A stretch of 64,000 nt of DNA from Camelus dromedarius. Lineage: Eukaryota. The notes under the pieces are model-generated. The model saw only the letters and a list, made by a program, of their open reading frames with translations, was not told where the DNA came from and did no database searches. The stretch is taken from positions 91,264,001 to 91,328,000 of the forward strand of contig NC_087440.1 of assembly GCF_036321535.1 (NCBI RefSeq), given 5' to 3'. A program made the position numbers and the translations under genes. Below are positions 50,748 through 64,000 of this stretch, one piece after another. Within the stretch, counting starts at the first letter, position 1. Every line of letters begins with the position of its first letter.

Positions 50748-52450
50748 TGACCATAAAGATGACCCAGTGATACCTGAGTCGGCCTTACGGATTTGAAAAG
50801 AAGAGAGATTCCGGTTAGGCACCTAGCGAAGGGAGGGGGCAAAAGGTTTACATATTCCAGTAGTCTCCTCAAATAGCGACCTCCAAAAAGCAAGGCTAGA
50901 TTCCTCTTGAGAGTGGAGCTTGCCTTCAGAGAGGGTTTCGCCTTGATGCTCTCAAACGTTTTGTAGCCGATGGTGAGCAAGTTTGACTGGGCATGAATGG
51001 GTGTGGCATCGTCCATCCGGGAACCCAAGGATGATGTCCAAGTAGATGCAGACTTAGTACCAAGGACTGGGCATTGCCTGAAAGTGTTCCCCAACCAGCT
51101 TCTTACAATCTCAAAAAGCTGTATGGTCTGTCAGTAAGAGAATTTCAGCTATATGTCTGTCCTGTCCCACGTCCCTCCCCCCCCCCCCCCCCCCCCGCCA
51201 TGTTTCAGGTACTTTGTTTCTTTCACAGGCTTTCCTTACTCAGGAGATGCTTCATTGCAGCACTGGTTTCTGCAGGAGGGGTGTAGGGTCAGAGAGTGTG
51301 AAAGTGTTTTTCCTAGACCCACATGGAATGTTCAAAGCAAATAAGCCATTCAGGCATATTTAGAGTATTAATGTTGTTTAGGGTTTTCTTTTATGTTGGG
51401 GTTGTTTTCACACATGGAAACCACTACTGTTTACAGAATTTTTTAACTCTTGCTTTTTTCCCAAAAAAGTATGTAGAAAATTATACAGATAAAATTAAAG
51501 TCACCTGGGATCCTTTGTCCCAGATATGACCACTGTCAGCGTTTTGGTGTCTGTCTCCTTGGTCATTTTCAATGAATATATGTTATTTTATTTAAAATAT
51601 ATTTTAATCTGCATTGTTACAGTGTTTCAAGTAGCTTGACCTTAGCTATTTCATGACCTCATTTTCACTGCAAGTTGGTGTTTTGAAATGAATGATTTCT
51701 ATCTTGAGTCTCAATTTCTTTCTGTGGAAAACACTAAGTTTTGTTCTTTGCTTCTAGAGCAAATTCACTTTTCTCCAACATCTTAAAATTGAACTTTGCT
51801 AAAATCATTGGAGGGGGATCCTGTTTCTGTCAAATGCTTTCTGGTGCAGGTCATCTCTTTTCCTGGTGGGTCCATTTTCTCCTTTCAGCACAGCGAATGC
51901 CTGGGCATCCAGATCTTGGCTCCATAATGACTTGCACTTTTGAACATTGACTAAGGAATGAGATTGTCTAAAATTGAAATCCTGTCTCATTCCTATATTT
52001 TTAAAAATCCTGGAAATATTTCTAGTAATTCAACCTGTCTGTAACTTATTTTTCGCTTACAAAAATCTGAGGAAAAGGTATATTATCCCATCAGTCTTAT
52101 TAGCATCCTGGCTACGCTAGTGTAATTCAGGTATACGCATAGACCCAGGTCACTTAGTAGGAGAGCTGTCTGTCTTCCAGGTGGTTTTTATGAATTAGCA
52201 TTGCCATTTGCACATGTAATCAAATATGAACATCCAGTAGTTATTTACAGTGGGAAAAATAGGCTCGCATTATAATATGGAAAACAAATCTGAACAGTTT
52301 AAACAGAATAAAGACCACCACCAAGAATGGAGTCATGTAATTTATCTAATGAAAAGGAAAAATTACTGTTACGTTATCTTCCCCATTTTTTATGTAAAGA
52401 ATTTTACAAACACATGTAATTGAATGTAAAAGCTTTTTTAAAAAAAAAAC

Positions 52451-52500
52451 TTGGGGTAATTAGATTTTTTTAAATAATAATAATAATAATAATAATAATA

Positions 52501-52545
<45 letters not shown>

Positions 52546-52619
52546 TTAATGGCAGTACTGAGGATTGAACCCAGGGTCTCACGCGTGCTAAGCATGCGCT
52601 CTACCACTGAGCTTACCCT
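52451..52619 (-). mobile_element. vic-1-like SINE with expanded internal microsatellite
   Basis: ttggggtaattag...taatggcagtactgaggattgaacccaggg...ctaccactgagcttaccc. Confidence 0.85.
52473..52545. repeat. (AAT)n-(ATT)n inverted microsatellite
   Basis: About 10 AAT units abut about 15 ATT units; perfect palindrome 52473-52530. Confidence 0.97.
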
Positions 52620-55600
52620 GCCCCCGAGAAACATTTTTTAATATGAAAGTCTGTCTATTTTATCTATTTTTAACTGCTCCAGCTAGCTATAAACTTTTTT
52701 TGTTTAAGTGCAGCATTCCTTAAAGTGTGGAATAAATGTTGTGAATTTAACAATTTATTTTGATAGCGAAGAATTGGAGAGTTGGTAGGAAAGGAAATGT
52801 TAAATCTCATTTTAAGAAGAGAATTCTCCTTTCTAAAATTCCTGGCGTGTAAAAAATTGTTTCCTCATAATACTTCTAAAAGTATGACCAGATGTGTGGT
52901 CATTACCTAATAGGCATTTTACAATGTTAGTGATGTTTTTGGAGCACTTTTAAGCCAAAATGCATTTTTGGTTGTGTTTCATCCCAGTGAGAAGTTGGGT
53001 GGTAAAGGTAGGAACAGGTAAGGATGCTCCGGTTTGCAGCTGGTGGAGCTGGCGGTTCCCGGGCTCGTCAGTGTCCAAGCTGGGAACAGGTGGTGTGGGG
53101 CTTGGGGGGGGGGTTCCACTCGGCTGTCTTATCCTTGGAACTTTGTCTGTAAGACCGAATATAGTGGCTTCTTTAGCCAATACTTATCCTAAACTAGGAA
53201 TTCTAGTCTTTCCCGAGGTGCATGATTTAGGAGTTTTACGTCTGTCCTCTTCATCAGTGCAGAGATGGCTTAGGACTGGAATGTGAAAGGTAGTGCTTAT
53301 AGGACTCAACTCCCAGAGGTGTAGCGGTGTAGAGAGCTTTATGAGGAATGTTTTTGTGGAGTTTTAAAAGTTATTTTTCTGAGGACTTAATTCCCCTAAA
53401 AGATGAAGACATGCAGTAGATTAATGACTAAGAAGTATTAATTTTGGGCCTATACTTAGATCTCAGACTGGTTAATGAAGTGATCAGTAAATTAACAGGA
53501 AGCATTTCCTGTGGCACCAGACTGTCTCAGAGCACTGGGCCAGGAGTCCATCAGCCTGGGTCCCTCCTGTCCTGTGCTGTCACGCTGTAGGCGGGGGCCC
53601 TTACACCCTTTGTGGGACAGGCCAGTGGGCAGCAAGATGAGTCTGATGCAGCAAGTGTAGTGTAGCGTAGTGAGCAAAGTGCACGTACTGGAAAGGGAAG
53701 ACAGTCATCACTTCTTTTTAAAAAGTTAAGATGGATGGACTTTTTGTCTGGCAACATTATAGGGAATCAGGCTGAGAGGGGTGGAAGAGATTTAGTCCGG
53801 CCTCCTCTGTCGTGAGTGAGGAAACTGAAACCCCAGGGTTTTAAGACCCACTTGGGAAAAAGATGTTTTAAGGAGCATCCTGGAACCCAGAAACTAATTT
53901 CTCTGTTCAGTTCCTTGGTATCCATTAAAACAGGCGTGTTTGTTTTCATTTACTTCATGTCAGTTATTTCCTTTGAATTAGTGTTAACCTTAAAAAGCAT
54001 TGTCTTTAGTCCCTTAGGCATTACTAACTTGCTAGTTTTTTCACTTCTTTATTTCTCTTTTTTTCTGGAAACTTCACAATGGAAGCATCACATGAGGTTT
54101 GACCCTCCTTTCATATTCCCATCAATGTTACAGATGGAAGTCTTCAGATTGAAGAGTAAACTAAAGACTTTCTCACCATGCTCTCAGCTTTGTGCCAGAG
54201 CAGGGAGGGGTGGTGGCAGAGAAGCCGCAGCCCCTCAGAAGCAGGACCAAAGGGTGGGTGGATGTCGAGGTGACGGGAGAAAGCACCAGAGATGGGAGAG
54301 GAGAAAAACTAAAGCAACCATGTGAGAAAAAAAGAGAAAGATGTGTGGTAGTGACCAGCCAAAATATTGTGGTATTAGTAGGTCTGGATTTTAAAAGGAA
54401 AAGAAGATGAAAGATAAAGAGAGCCAGGAACACATAACAAGTAATTTGGCCAAGAAAATGCCTGGATTGGTTGGTTTGCTAGCCCGAGAAGAGACTTGCC
54501 CTGTGTCAGAAGGTTAGGGGGAAGGTGAGTGACCCGGGGCGCAGGGAGCTGCAGCCTCGCCTGGCCCCCTTCCCATTGCCCGCCCCGCAGGCTCTGGAAA
54601 CCTGCCTGTCTGCCTGTTAAGGTAGTTGAATGTGCATCTGTTATTTCATAAAACGAGGCATATTGTTCTCAGAATTCACAGTGTAATGATACAAGTCACT
54701 CGTGGTTTGAAATACACTAAACTAGTCTTTCAACAGAAGTGCTCACAGACTAGTGCTAAATGACATTTTGAACATCTCTAGGAGTTCAGTAAACTCTGAG
54801 AAGTTAGCCCAGGAAACGTGCACAGAGGTGAGGTGTGGTAGTGCGGCTTGCAGCAGGGGAGCTGGCGAGGCGGGCGAGCTCTCCGTGCCGTTCTCTGAGT
54901 GCGTTAGCGAGCAGCATGGCACCTGCCTGCCGTGTGTTACTTGGTAACTTCAGCATCACTAGGGGACTGGTTCAGATTCTACTGCAGGGGGTCTCTATTA
55001 CCTGATAAAACATGCAGATTGTGTTTGTATATAAGCTTCTAACTATACCAGGATTAATACCCTCTCTGTTAACATTGGACTGTCAAGTGTCTTTCCTCCT
55101 TCGAACAATTTTTTGAAAATATTTCTGCAGAAGTAGAATTACTGTTATTTGAAAGATGTAACAACTTACAAAGAGGCAAGAAAGTTTAAATTATTTGGCA
55201 GTGTATAAAACAATGTCATAGTTTTTTCACAATGGGAATCAGATACGCAGACTTCATTTGATCTTTGTATTTGTGGAGAATAGCACTGAACAACTAACCT
55301 AAAATGTAGTCTATGGCTGATTAATAATGACTTCCATAAGTAATTGTCATTGAAAGAAGTTAAAATTTGCCAAAGCAGTTGCATCTGCCATTTGCGTCTC
55401 CCTGTGTGAGGATTATGTCACTGGGTGTGCCTCCCGAGCCGGCAGCGTTCTGCTGCATTGCGGTGCTGTTCCTCGTGCGGGCGGGGCATTCACAGCAGTC
55501 CCGGGTCGGCAGTGACTCATTGCTTGGCGTGGTGCCCTGTTCCTTTAACCCTGTTAGGACCTGCTGGTGTCCAGTCGGCATGTGTAATTTTATTTATACA

Positions 55601-56826
55601 GCTGATGACTCTTCATCCGGGAGGAAGAAGTGATTCAAAGTTAACATGCCACGTTCTTAGTTATGTCAGGACTTTCCTTTGGGGATTATAGAATGCTACT
55701 TTTATTTTCTATATGTTGTTTGGGTGTTATTTTAATGATGTATGTTTTATATAAATCATAAAACATTAGGGAACGTTCCAAAAATTGAAGGAAAAAATAC
55801 TTCATAATCCCACCGCCCCAACAGCTATTTTAGTTTGGCGGTATTTCCTTATACTCTTCGTCTTTGTGCTTGTATTTTACAGATTTCAATTATGTTTAGT
55901 TGGTTTCAGGCAGTATGGTTTATTCTCTCTTGTGGTGTATCCGCATTTCAGTAGTTGGAAAGCTCAATTGGTTGGGGATTTTCTGAGGCAGTTAGTAATT
56001 TTTTAAAAACAGCTAGGAAGTACCTGGCATACTAGAATGTTCTGCCACTCCTCTCCTTCCTAAAATTATACTGAAAACAATATTTTGGAGGAGTTACTGT
56101 CTTCTTCATAACTATACTAATATTTTATGCTCTTATAATCTTAGTGTGAATTTTGTATTTATCTCATCTTAAAACTAATGAAGCAAATCACTTTTGCTCA
56201 GACCCTGTACACCCAGATTTCATAGTTTTTAGCACTTACAGAATCCTGACAGACCACCTAATTTAAGATCCCACTCCCTCCTCTGCTGCCCGTTTTACAT
56301 TTTGTGAATTTGAACCCGGGAGAAATAAAAATGACTTTCCCAAGATCAGTTTGCTAAGTCTACCACCTTTGCTTTTGCACCACGACTGAGAAGTGCAGGT
56401 GCACCACACTTACCAGGTTGCTCATCCTTAAACAGTCCGTTTTGCTAATGCAGTTGTTTCATGCAGTATGTCATCACAAAGATAACGCAGCTGGAGCTTG
56501 TCAGTACAGATCTAGAGGTTTGGATTGCTTCCCATTTTTACAACTTTTTATATTAATCTTTGCATTTTGATTTTTAACTGTTAAGAAATTTCATTCACAT
56601 GCATCTTGAGCCGCCTTACTGCGAGGTTCCAGTCAGCTCTTCAAAATGCCTGCCGTGCATGTTTGTTGAGGGGAAGCCTTGCCCTGTGAGAGCTCATGGT
56701 CGGGGAGAAGGATGCATTCGTAAGTCAGCCGTGGAGCAGGCTCTGAAAAGTGCTGCAAGAGCAGAGGGAAGGCCAGGTGGATGCCTCTCAGGGACCGTGG
56801 GGATGTTTCTTGATAGCAGTTTTCTT

Positions 56827-57427
56827 TTTTTTAATTTTATTATTATTTTTTAAAATATATTTTTATTGACGTATAGACAGTTTATAGTGCTTTGTCAGTT
56901 TCTGGTGCACAGCACAATGCTCCAGTCATATAGGAACATGTGTGTATTCGTTTTCATATTCTCTTTTCATCATAAGTTACTACAAGATACTGAATATCGT
57001 TCCCTGTGCTATACAGGATGAACTTGTTGTTTATCTATTTTATACATATTAGTTATTATCTGCAAATCTCGAACTCCCAGTTTATCCCTTCCCACCCTCT
57101 TTCCCTCTGGTAACCATAAGTTTGTTTTCCATGTCTGTGAGTCTGTTTCTGTTTTGTAAATAAGTTCGTTTGTCTTTTTTTTTTTTTTTTTTTTTTTTAA
57201 GATTCCACATATGAGTGATACCANNNNNNNNNNNNNNNNNNNNNNNNNNNNNNNNNNNNNNNNNNNNNNNNNNNNNNNNNNNNNNNNNNNNNNNNNNNNN
57301 NNNNNNNNNNNNNNNNNNNNNNNNNNNNNNNNNNNNNNNNNNNNNNNNNNNNNNNNNNNNNNNNNNNCCAGTCATCTGTCGATAGACATTTAGGTTGTTT
57401 CCATGTCTTGGCTGTTGTAAATAGTGC
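56827..57427 (-). mobile_element. Young 5'-truncated L1 with perfect 16-bp TSD (contains N gap 57224-57367)
   Basis: tgatagcagttttctt at 56811-56826 and 57428-57443. Confidence 0.92.
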
Positions 57428-57489
57428 TGATAGCAGTTTTCTTGATGAGGGTTTTCTGAGGGATGGGGGGCCTAATGAGGGAAGAGGAC

Positions 57490-57705
57490 AGACTGTGTAC
57501 TGGTGAGGACCCTGGGTTTGGAATCAGACTTCTGCATTCTCCCTTGTCCCTTTCCAGCCACATGTCTGAGGACAGTTTACTTACATTCCTTGCTTGGGAA
57601 ACAAGGATAGTAATAGTCGTGCCGTCCCCCAGAGAGATGCTGTGAGGGTTGAATGTCTCATGCACCTAAAGGAATGCCCGTCACATAAAAAGTATTGAGT
57701 AAACA
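57490..57705 (+). mobile_element. MIR
   Basis: ggaatcagactt...gatagtaatagt...gctgtgagggttgaatg...aaagtattgagtaaac. Confidence 0.6.
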
Positions 57706-57809
57706 ACTGGGCAGGAGGCCCTGGGGTGTGGGGGTGGAAAGTGACTTCTGTGCTTGGAGCACTGAGGCTGAGACTGCTGGGATGGGGTGGGAAGAATTTG
57801 GCCATAGGG

Positions 57810-57975
57810 AACAGCACCTAGCACCACCTGGGGCCGGGCCGTGCTCTCCGCATCAGCTCAGTTCATCCTTCCAACAAGCGAGGCGTGCCAGTGCGTCCCC
57901 AGTATACAGACAGGGGACCAGAGGTGCAGAGAAGTTAACTGCCTTGCCCAGGATCACACAGCAAATAAGTGCCTG
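57810..57975 (-). mobile_element. MIR
   Basis: cagaggtgcagagaagttaactgccttgcccaggatcacacagcaaataagtg. Confidence 0.65.
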
Positions 57976-58137
57976 GGTCAGCAGTTGGGAAAACTGGATA
58001 GAAGGGAAGTGAGGTGGAGCCAAGTCATGGAGGGGTTTACACGTCGGGTTGGGGTGGGTGAGGCTAATCATGCTCTAAGCAGTTGATAGATTAAAAATTG
58101 GAATATTGACGTGAATTTGACAGAATATTTATTATGA

Positions 58138-58233
<96 letters not shown>

Positions 58234-58734
58234 TGAGTAGTATGAATATACCATTGTTTTGGGTTATAAACTTGTAAGAGTTAAGTGTGAATCCTGATCG
58301 ACTCAGACAAAGACACTAAGAAAACACTCAAAGGATTTCTGCTTTTTCAGTTCCTTATCTTTAATTTTACTTATTCAAATTAAGAGGATTTCCAAGTTAA
58401 TATAAAATCTAAAGTATTTTAATTTAATTGCCGTATCATGGCATCATCCATTTTAGGTTTGAGCCATAATATATTAAACATATCTAGTAATACTCCCAGA
58501 TCACGTCTGAATTTTCATGATGATAAATAGCTAGTCAGCCTTTGGGTGTAAGTTTGGTTCTCCTTAGGATGAATCCCTAAAGATAGTATTACTGGTTCAG
58601 ATGTGATGCACCGTTAAAGTCTTCAGTGCATGTTACCAGATTTCCCACCTTCTCAAATGGTGGTGCCAATTTATACTCCAGTAAACATATCTCAATTTAA
58701 ATATGTAAATGTTTAATTTATTCTGCGTTGGCTT

Positions 58735-59240
58735 TTTAAACTTTTTTATTTTGAGTAATTTCAAGCCTACAAGAGTTGCATGGGTAGCATGTAGAACTCC
58801 CAGACAACGGTTAACGTTCACCACGTTTGCATTGTTTTTTTCCTGAACCATCTGAGAGTTAGTTATGGACAACCTGCCGCTTTATCCCCAAATACTTCAC
58901 AGCATTTGCTGAGAACAAGGACATTCTCAGTACAGTTTTCAAATCCCAGGAACACTGCTGCAGGATTATGCTCTAGACACTGTACGTATTTGTATTTTCT
59001 CAGTAATGCCCCTTACAGTAATTCTCCCATGATGCAGAATCCAATTCTGTGCCTTTCTTTCTGTGTCTTTGATGACATTGACATTTTTGGTAAGTGCAGA
59101 CCAGTGGTTTGATGGAACACGCCTCCTCTGGGTCCAGCTGATGTTTCTCCCTGGTCACATTCAGGTTGTACCTTTTTGGCAGGAGTGCTGTTGTGACTGT
59201 GTTCCTTCTCAGCGTGTCTCATCAGGAAGCGTCATTGACT
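58735..59240 (-). mobile_element. L1MC4/5-like 3' UTR
   Basis: ttttttattttgagtaatttcaagcctacaagagttgca...cccaaatacttca...gagaacaaggacattctc. Confidence 0.7.
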
Positions 59241-59334
59241 TTTTAGAATAATATGAAGTATTATTTGTAAAATACACATACACAATGTGGGAACTGGAAA
59301 ATTCAAATGTTAATTCTCTTGAAGCTGTTAATTC

Positions 59335-59720
59335 AGCCACCTTTGAGCACCAGTTATGTATAAGATCCAGCAGTAGGTATGCAAAGAAATAAAACATAGT
59401 TCTTGTTCCCAAGAAAGATACGGTCTTTTGGGAGGAAGAATGGCAGATACACAACTAACTGTAACACTTGCAAAATCTTAGAGGTGCAAAAATACCAGGA
59501 AACACAGACTAGAGAGATTACTTCTGGTTCAGGAAGATCCTGGGGAAGACGTAATGCTGGAGCTGGGGTTTGAGGGTTACTTGGAATTTCAGCAGATGAG
59601 TAGAGGTTTCTTAAGCAACTACACAGAAGCACATGATGTTTATAGAATGACATGTGTAGTTTAAACGGTGAGGAAGGGGTGCATAGCAGGAGATGAAGCT
59701 GGAACGGTTGGTTTGGGTCA
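59335..59720 (-). mobile_element. L2 3' fragment
   Basis: tttgagcaccagttatgtataag...aaaacatagttcttgttcccaag. Confidence 0.55.
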
Positions 59721-60052
59721 GGCTCTAGGAACCTGGAGTGTTCTCTTGTCACTTTAACCTCTGGGTGACTTTAGTCAAGCCGATGTATGATTTAGTGCCA
59801 TAAATAAATGGGACAGATTAATATCAGATCAGATTTAGGTTCATCAGAGCTTGTAACTTGTAGCTGCTTAAAGGGGTTGGTTTTAGTGATGGCAGGATCA
59901 TGAACTCAACCCGCATATGAAACAGATGAACTTGGCTTGGTTTCACAGTCACATGCTATAACCTTAACTTTGATTCAGAAGTTCTCACACAAGTGAGTAA
60001 AGAAAGAGAAGCAATATTTTTCACCATTAGAAAAGCAATTTTGTCTATTCTT

Positions 60053-60188
60053 TATTTATTTTGTTTGTTTTTGGAGTGGGGTAGGTAATTAGGTTTATTT
60101 ATTTATTTTAATGGAGGTACTGGGGATTGAACCGAGGACCTATTGCATGCTGAGCACACACTACCACTGAGCTATACCCACCCGCCAA
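60053..60188 (-). mobile_element. vic-1-like SINE, long form, with 10-bp TSD
   Basis: TSD gtctattctt at 60043-60052 and 60189-60198, followed by AA (canonical L1-endonuclease TT/AA site). Confidence 0.9.
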
Positions 60189-60300
60189 GTCTATTCTTAA
60201 TGTGATTTTAAAATTAAAACATTCAGATGAATTTAATTTATAGGCAACACAGAGAAGGCTACAGTTATTAAGACTGATTAGGAATGAGACTCTGTTCTAA

Positions 60301-60498
<198 letters not shown>

Positions 60499-60709
60499 TA
60501 AAAACTGTTTTTCCTTCATTAGTTTGAATGTCATATTTTACTTACACAAGGCACTGTGGAAGATGATGTAAAATTCCAGAATTGGGAGTGCAGATCTCGT
60601 AAACCAAGAGGATATAAATCTGTTGCATTAATAAAACATGTATTATTAATACCTGACAGACCTGAAATAATGGAGTCTCTTTGGAGAACAATAGTGCACG
60701 GAAGTCTGA

Positions 60710-61030
<321 letters not shown>

Positions 61031-61332
61031 TAGTATCTGTGAGAAAACTGCTCCGAGTTTTATCAGCAAGGTGAATTCTGTGCCGACCGGTAGCAGTGCC
61101 TCCTGTCGGCCCTGGGAACGCACAGGGGAGGACTAACGCTGGCCCAGGTGGAGCAGCCAGCGGGCAGCATGTTTAACATCAACCCTGAGAGGGCGCTGAT
61201 CTCTGCTGTGGTCTCAGGCCTTTGATTTCAAATTAAACCGCTTACAATACAAGGAAGGAACTCTGCGTGAAATGTACAGCTAGATTGTAATGCATATGTT
61301 TAGTTAATGATGCTTTTTCTACTTTTGTTTAA

Positions 61333-61584
<252 letters not shown>

Positions 61585-62895
61585 TAGTTCTGGATCTGGG
61601 TTTTGTGAGGTCTTATTGATAACGTAGATGAAAATTAATAGTTGCACCCTCTTTCCTGACTATTTCCTCCCTCTCTTCTTTCCCCCAGCAATAGGCAATG
61701 AAAACGATGTTCCCACATACCTCCCACTTCCCTCCGGGGTTTGAGCACGTAAGCCCGTTTCTTGGCACGAGTGCAGGGAGCCCTGGGAGTTACCCTCCGT
61801 TTCTCATTTGCTTAGTTCCGTGAGCAGGCTGGGCTGTACTTTCTTAGTGTAAAGTCAGGTGTGCTTCTGACAACCCAGGCAGAAAGATGGTTTACATTAA
61901 GCAGAAGTTCCTTGCCCACAGGGCTGTGGATGGAGAGCTGGTCAGTACGTTCTCTTCCTCTGTTTACCTGCCCCTTCCTGTTCTCTGCTCTCCTCCCCGT
62001 TCTGAAGAGAGGGGAGACAAATTTATTTTTCTGAATGGGCAGCAGTGTGAGTGATGGTGAATGAGCACGTAACAGGGCCACAGATGTTGGAATGACTGAG
62101 CCTGGTAGACGCTCGTCCACAACTGTGTGCCCATGAGAGACCTGTTAGGATAGGCTGTTAGGACTGCAGTGGTTATCATGTCCTTTCCTTCCCTCCACAA
62201 AAGGTTGTGGTGCCACATTTTAAACATTAGAGGAAGTTCTGGGTAGAAATCTTCCACTTTGATCACACTACATACGTTCACTAAGATTTGGGCGTTCACT
62301 GATACTGAAATAGATACCTTGAATTTTTTTTAAAAAATACCTCTGAAACCTTTCTTTCTTTCCTAATACATTTTTATTTCAGTCTTATGCCAGAGGAAGT
62401 TAAAAAAAAAAAAGACTTGGATCCAGGTTCTTCATTGATTCCATGTCCATAACATACTACCCTAACTTGAGCCATGGGTATAGAATTTAAATTTCAGTGT
62501 TCTTAAGGATGATAAAATTCTAGTTTTTGAAACTTAATTGTTATTTCTAAGACATTTTAATAATATAAAATATATATAAAAATATAAAAGCAAAAAAAGA
62601 TGAAATCTATGGGGCTACCACTCACAACCTTATAGTGTAAATGTGGTGGCTGATAATTCTTAAAAAAGCAAAAATGAGACCACACTGGAATCATCTTGTT
62701 AACAATATATTTTTTTCAAGTAGCACAACTTGTGTCATGAAATCTTTTGCAACATCAAAGTGTTTCTTTGTGAGGATATATTTTAGCTTACTTCACCACC
62801 ATTAAGCTTATAAGGAATATTCTTTTCCTTTTTTTTTTTTTTAATTGAGGTATAACTGACATAACATAATATTATAGTTGTTTTACTTGATATGA

Positions 62896-63270
<375 letters not shown>

Positions 63271-63285
63271 TAAATTACATCCTAG

Positions 63286-63576
<291 letters not shown>

Positions 63577-63739
63577 TAGAAGTAACTGCTTGTTTCTATT
63601 TTAAACTGTTGAGTGCTTCTTTAGCTCCGTTTCCATCGTGCCACTGTCACCTTTAAGGTCTAGTGATTCTGTGTCATGGTGTTTCAGTCCAGATCGTCAA
63701 TATTCTTCATCCGTTCATCCCTACCCCAAATTGCCTGGA

Positions 63740-63890
63740 CCCTAGAGCCAGACTTCACGGCTTTAAATCCTAGTCCCACTGGTGAACTGGCTGTGTGACT
63801 GACCGGGGCACATTCTTTAACCTTTTCCCCGGACTCCTCGTCTGCAAAATGTGGGTAGTAATTGCGTACGCCTGAGATAAAAGAATTAAA
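63740..63890 (+). mobile_element. MIR
   Basis: ctagagccagac...ctgtgtgactg...ctcgtctgcaaaatg...aattaaatga. Confidence 0.6.
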
Positions 63891-64000
63891 TGACTCCTTT
63901 CTTTGTTCCTGATTTTTTTTCTCTTCTTAGTTCACCTCTCTTCTTCACCAGTGCTTTTCTTACTTTAAAAAATCCAGTCCAGAAATGGAAAGTGGCTTGA

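Overview
Mammalian genomic DNA, most likely a camelid, judged from five vic-1-like tRNA-Ala-derived SINE copies. It is orthologous to human 14q32.31. Bases 1-22 kb hold the 3' part of PPP2R5C (PP2A B56-gamma, + strand): four constitutive exons, the gamma1 intronic-polyadenylation tail, the 117-bp gamma3 cassette exon, the last coding exon and a ~2.4-kb 3' UTR. Bases 22-49.5 kb are a repeat-rich intergenic block (L1, L2, MIR, MaLR/ERVL LTRs, Tigger, SINEs) containing two orphan CpG islands and CTCF motifs. Bases 49.5-64 kb hold the promoter and exons 1-7 of DYNC1H1 (+ strand). There are four N gaps, and no prokaryotic or CRISPR-type system is present. The best leads are: a 57-bp intronic copy of the gamma3 exon; apparent loss of the C-terminal ATM SQ site of B56-gamma; a fully equipped housekeeping-type promoter at ~36.5 kb with no gene attached; a second orphan CpG island with an antisense splice donor; a 58-bp perfect palindrome in DYNC1H1 intron 1; and an apparent DYNC1H1 F409S substitution. 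All comparisons to human/mouse proteins and repeat consensi are from memory, not computed. Repeat boundaries and subfamily names are approximate.
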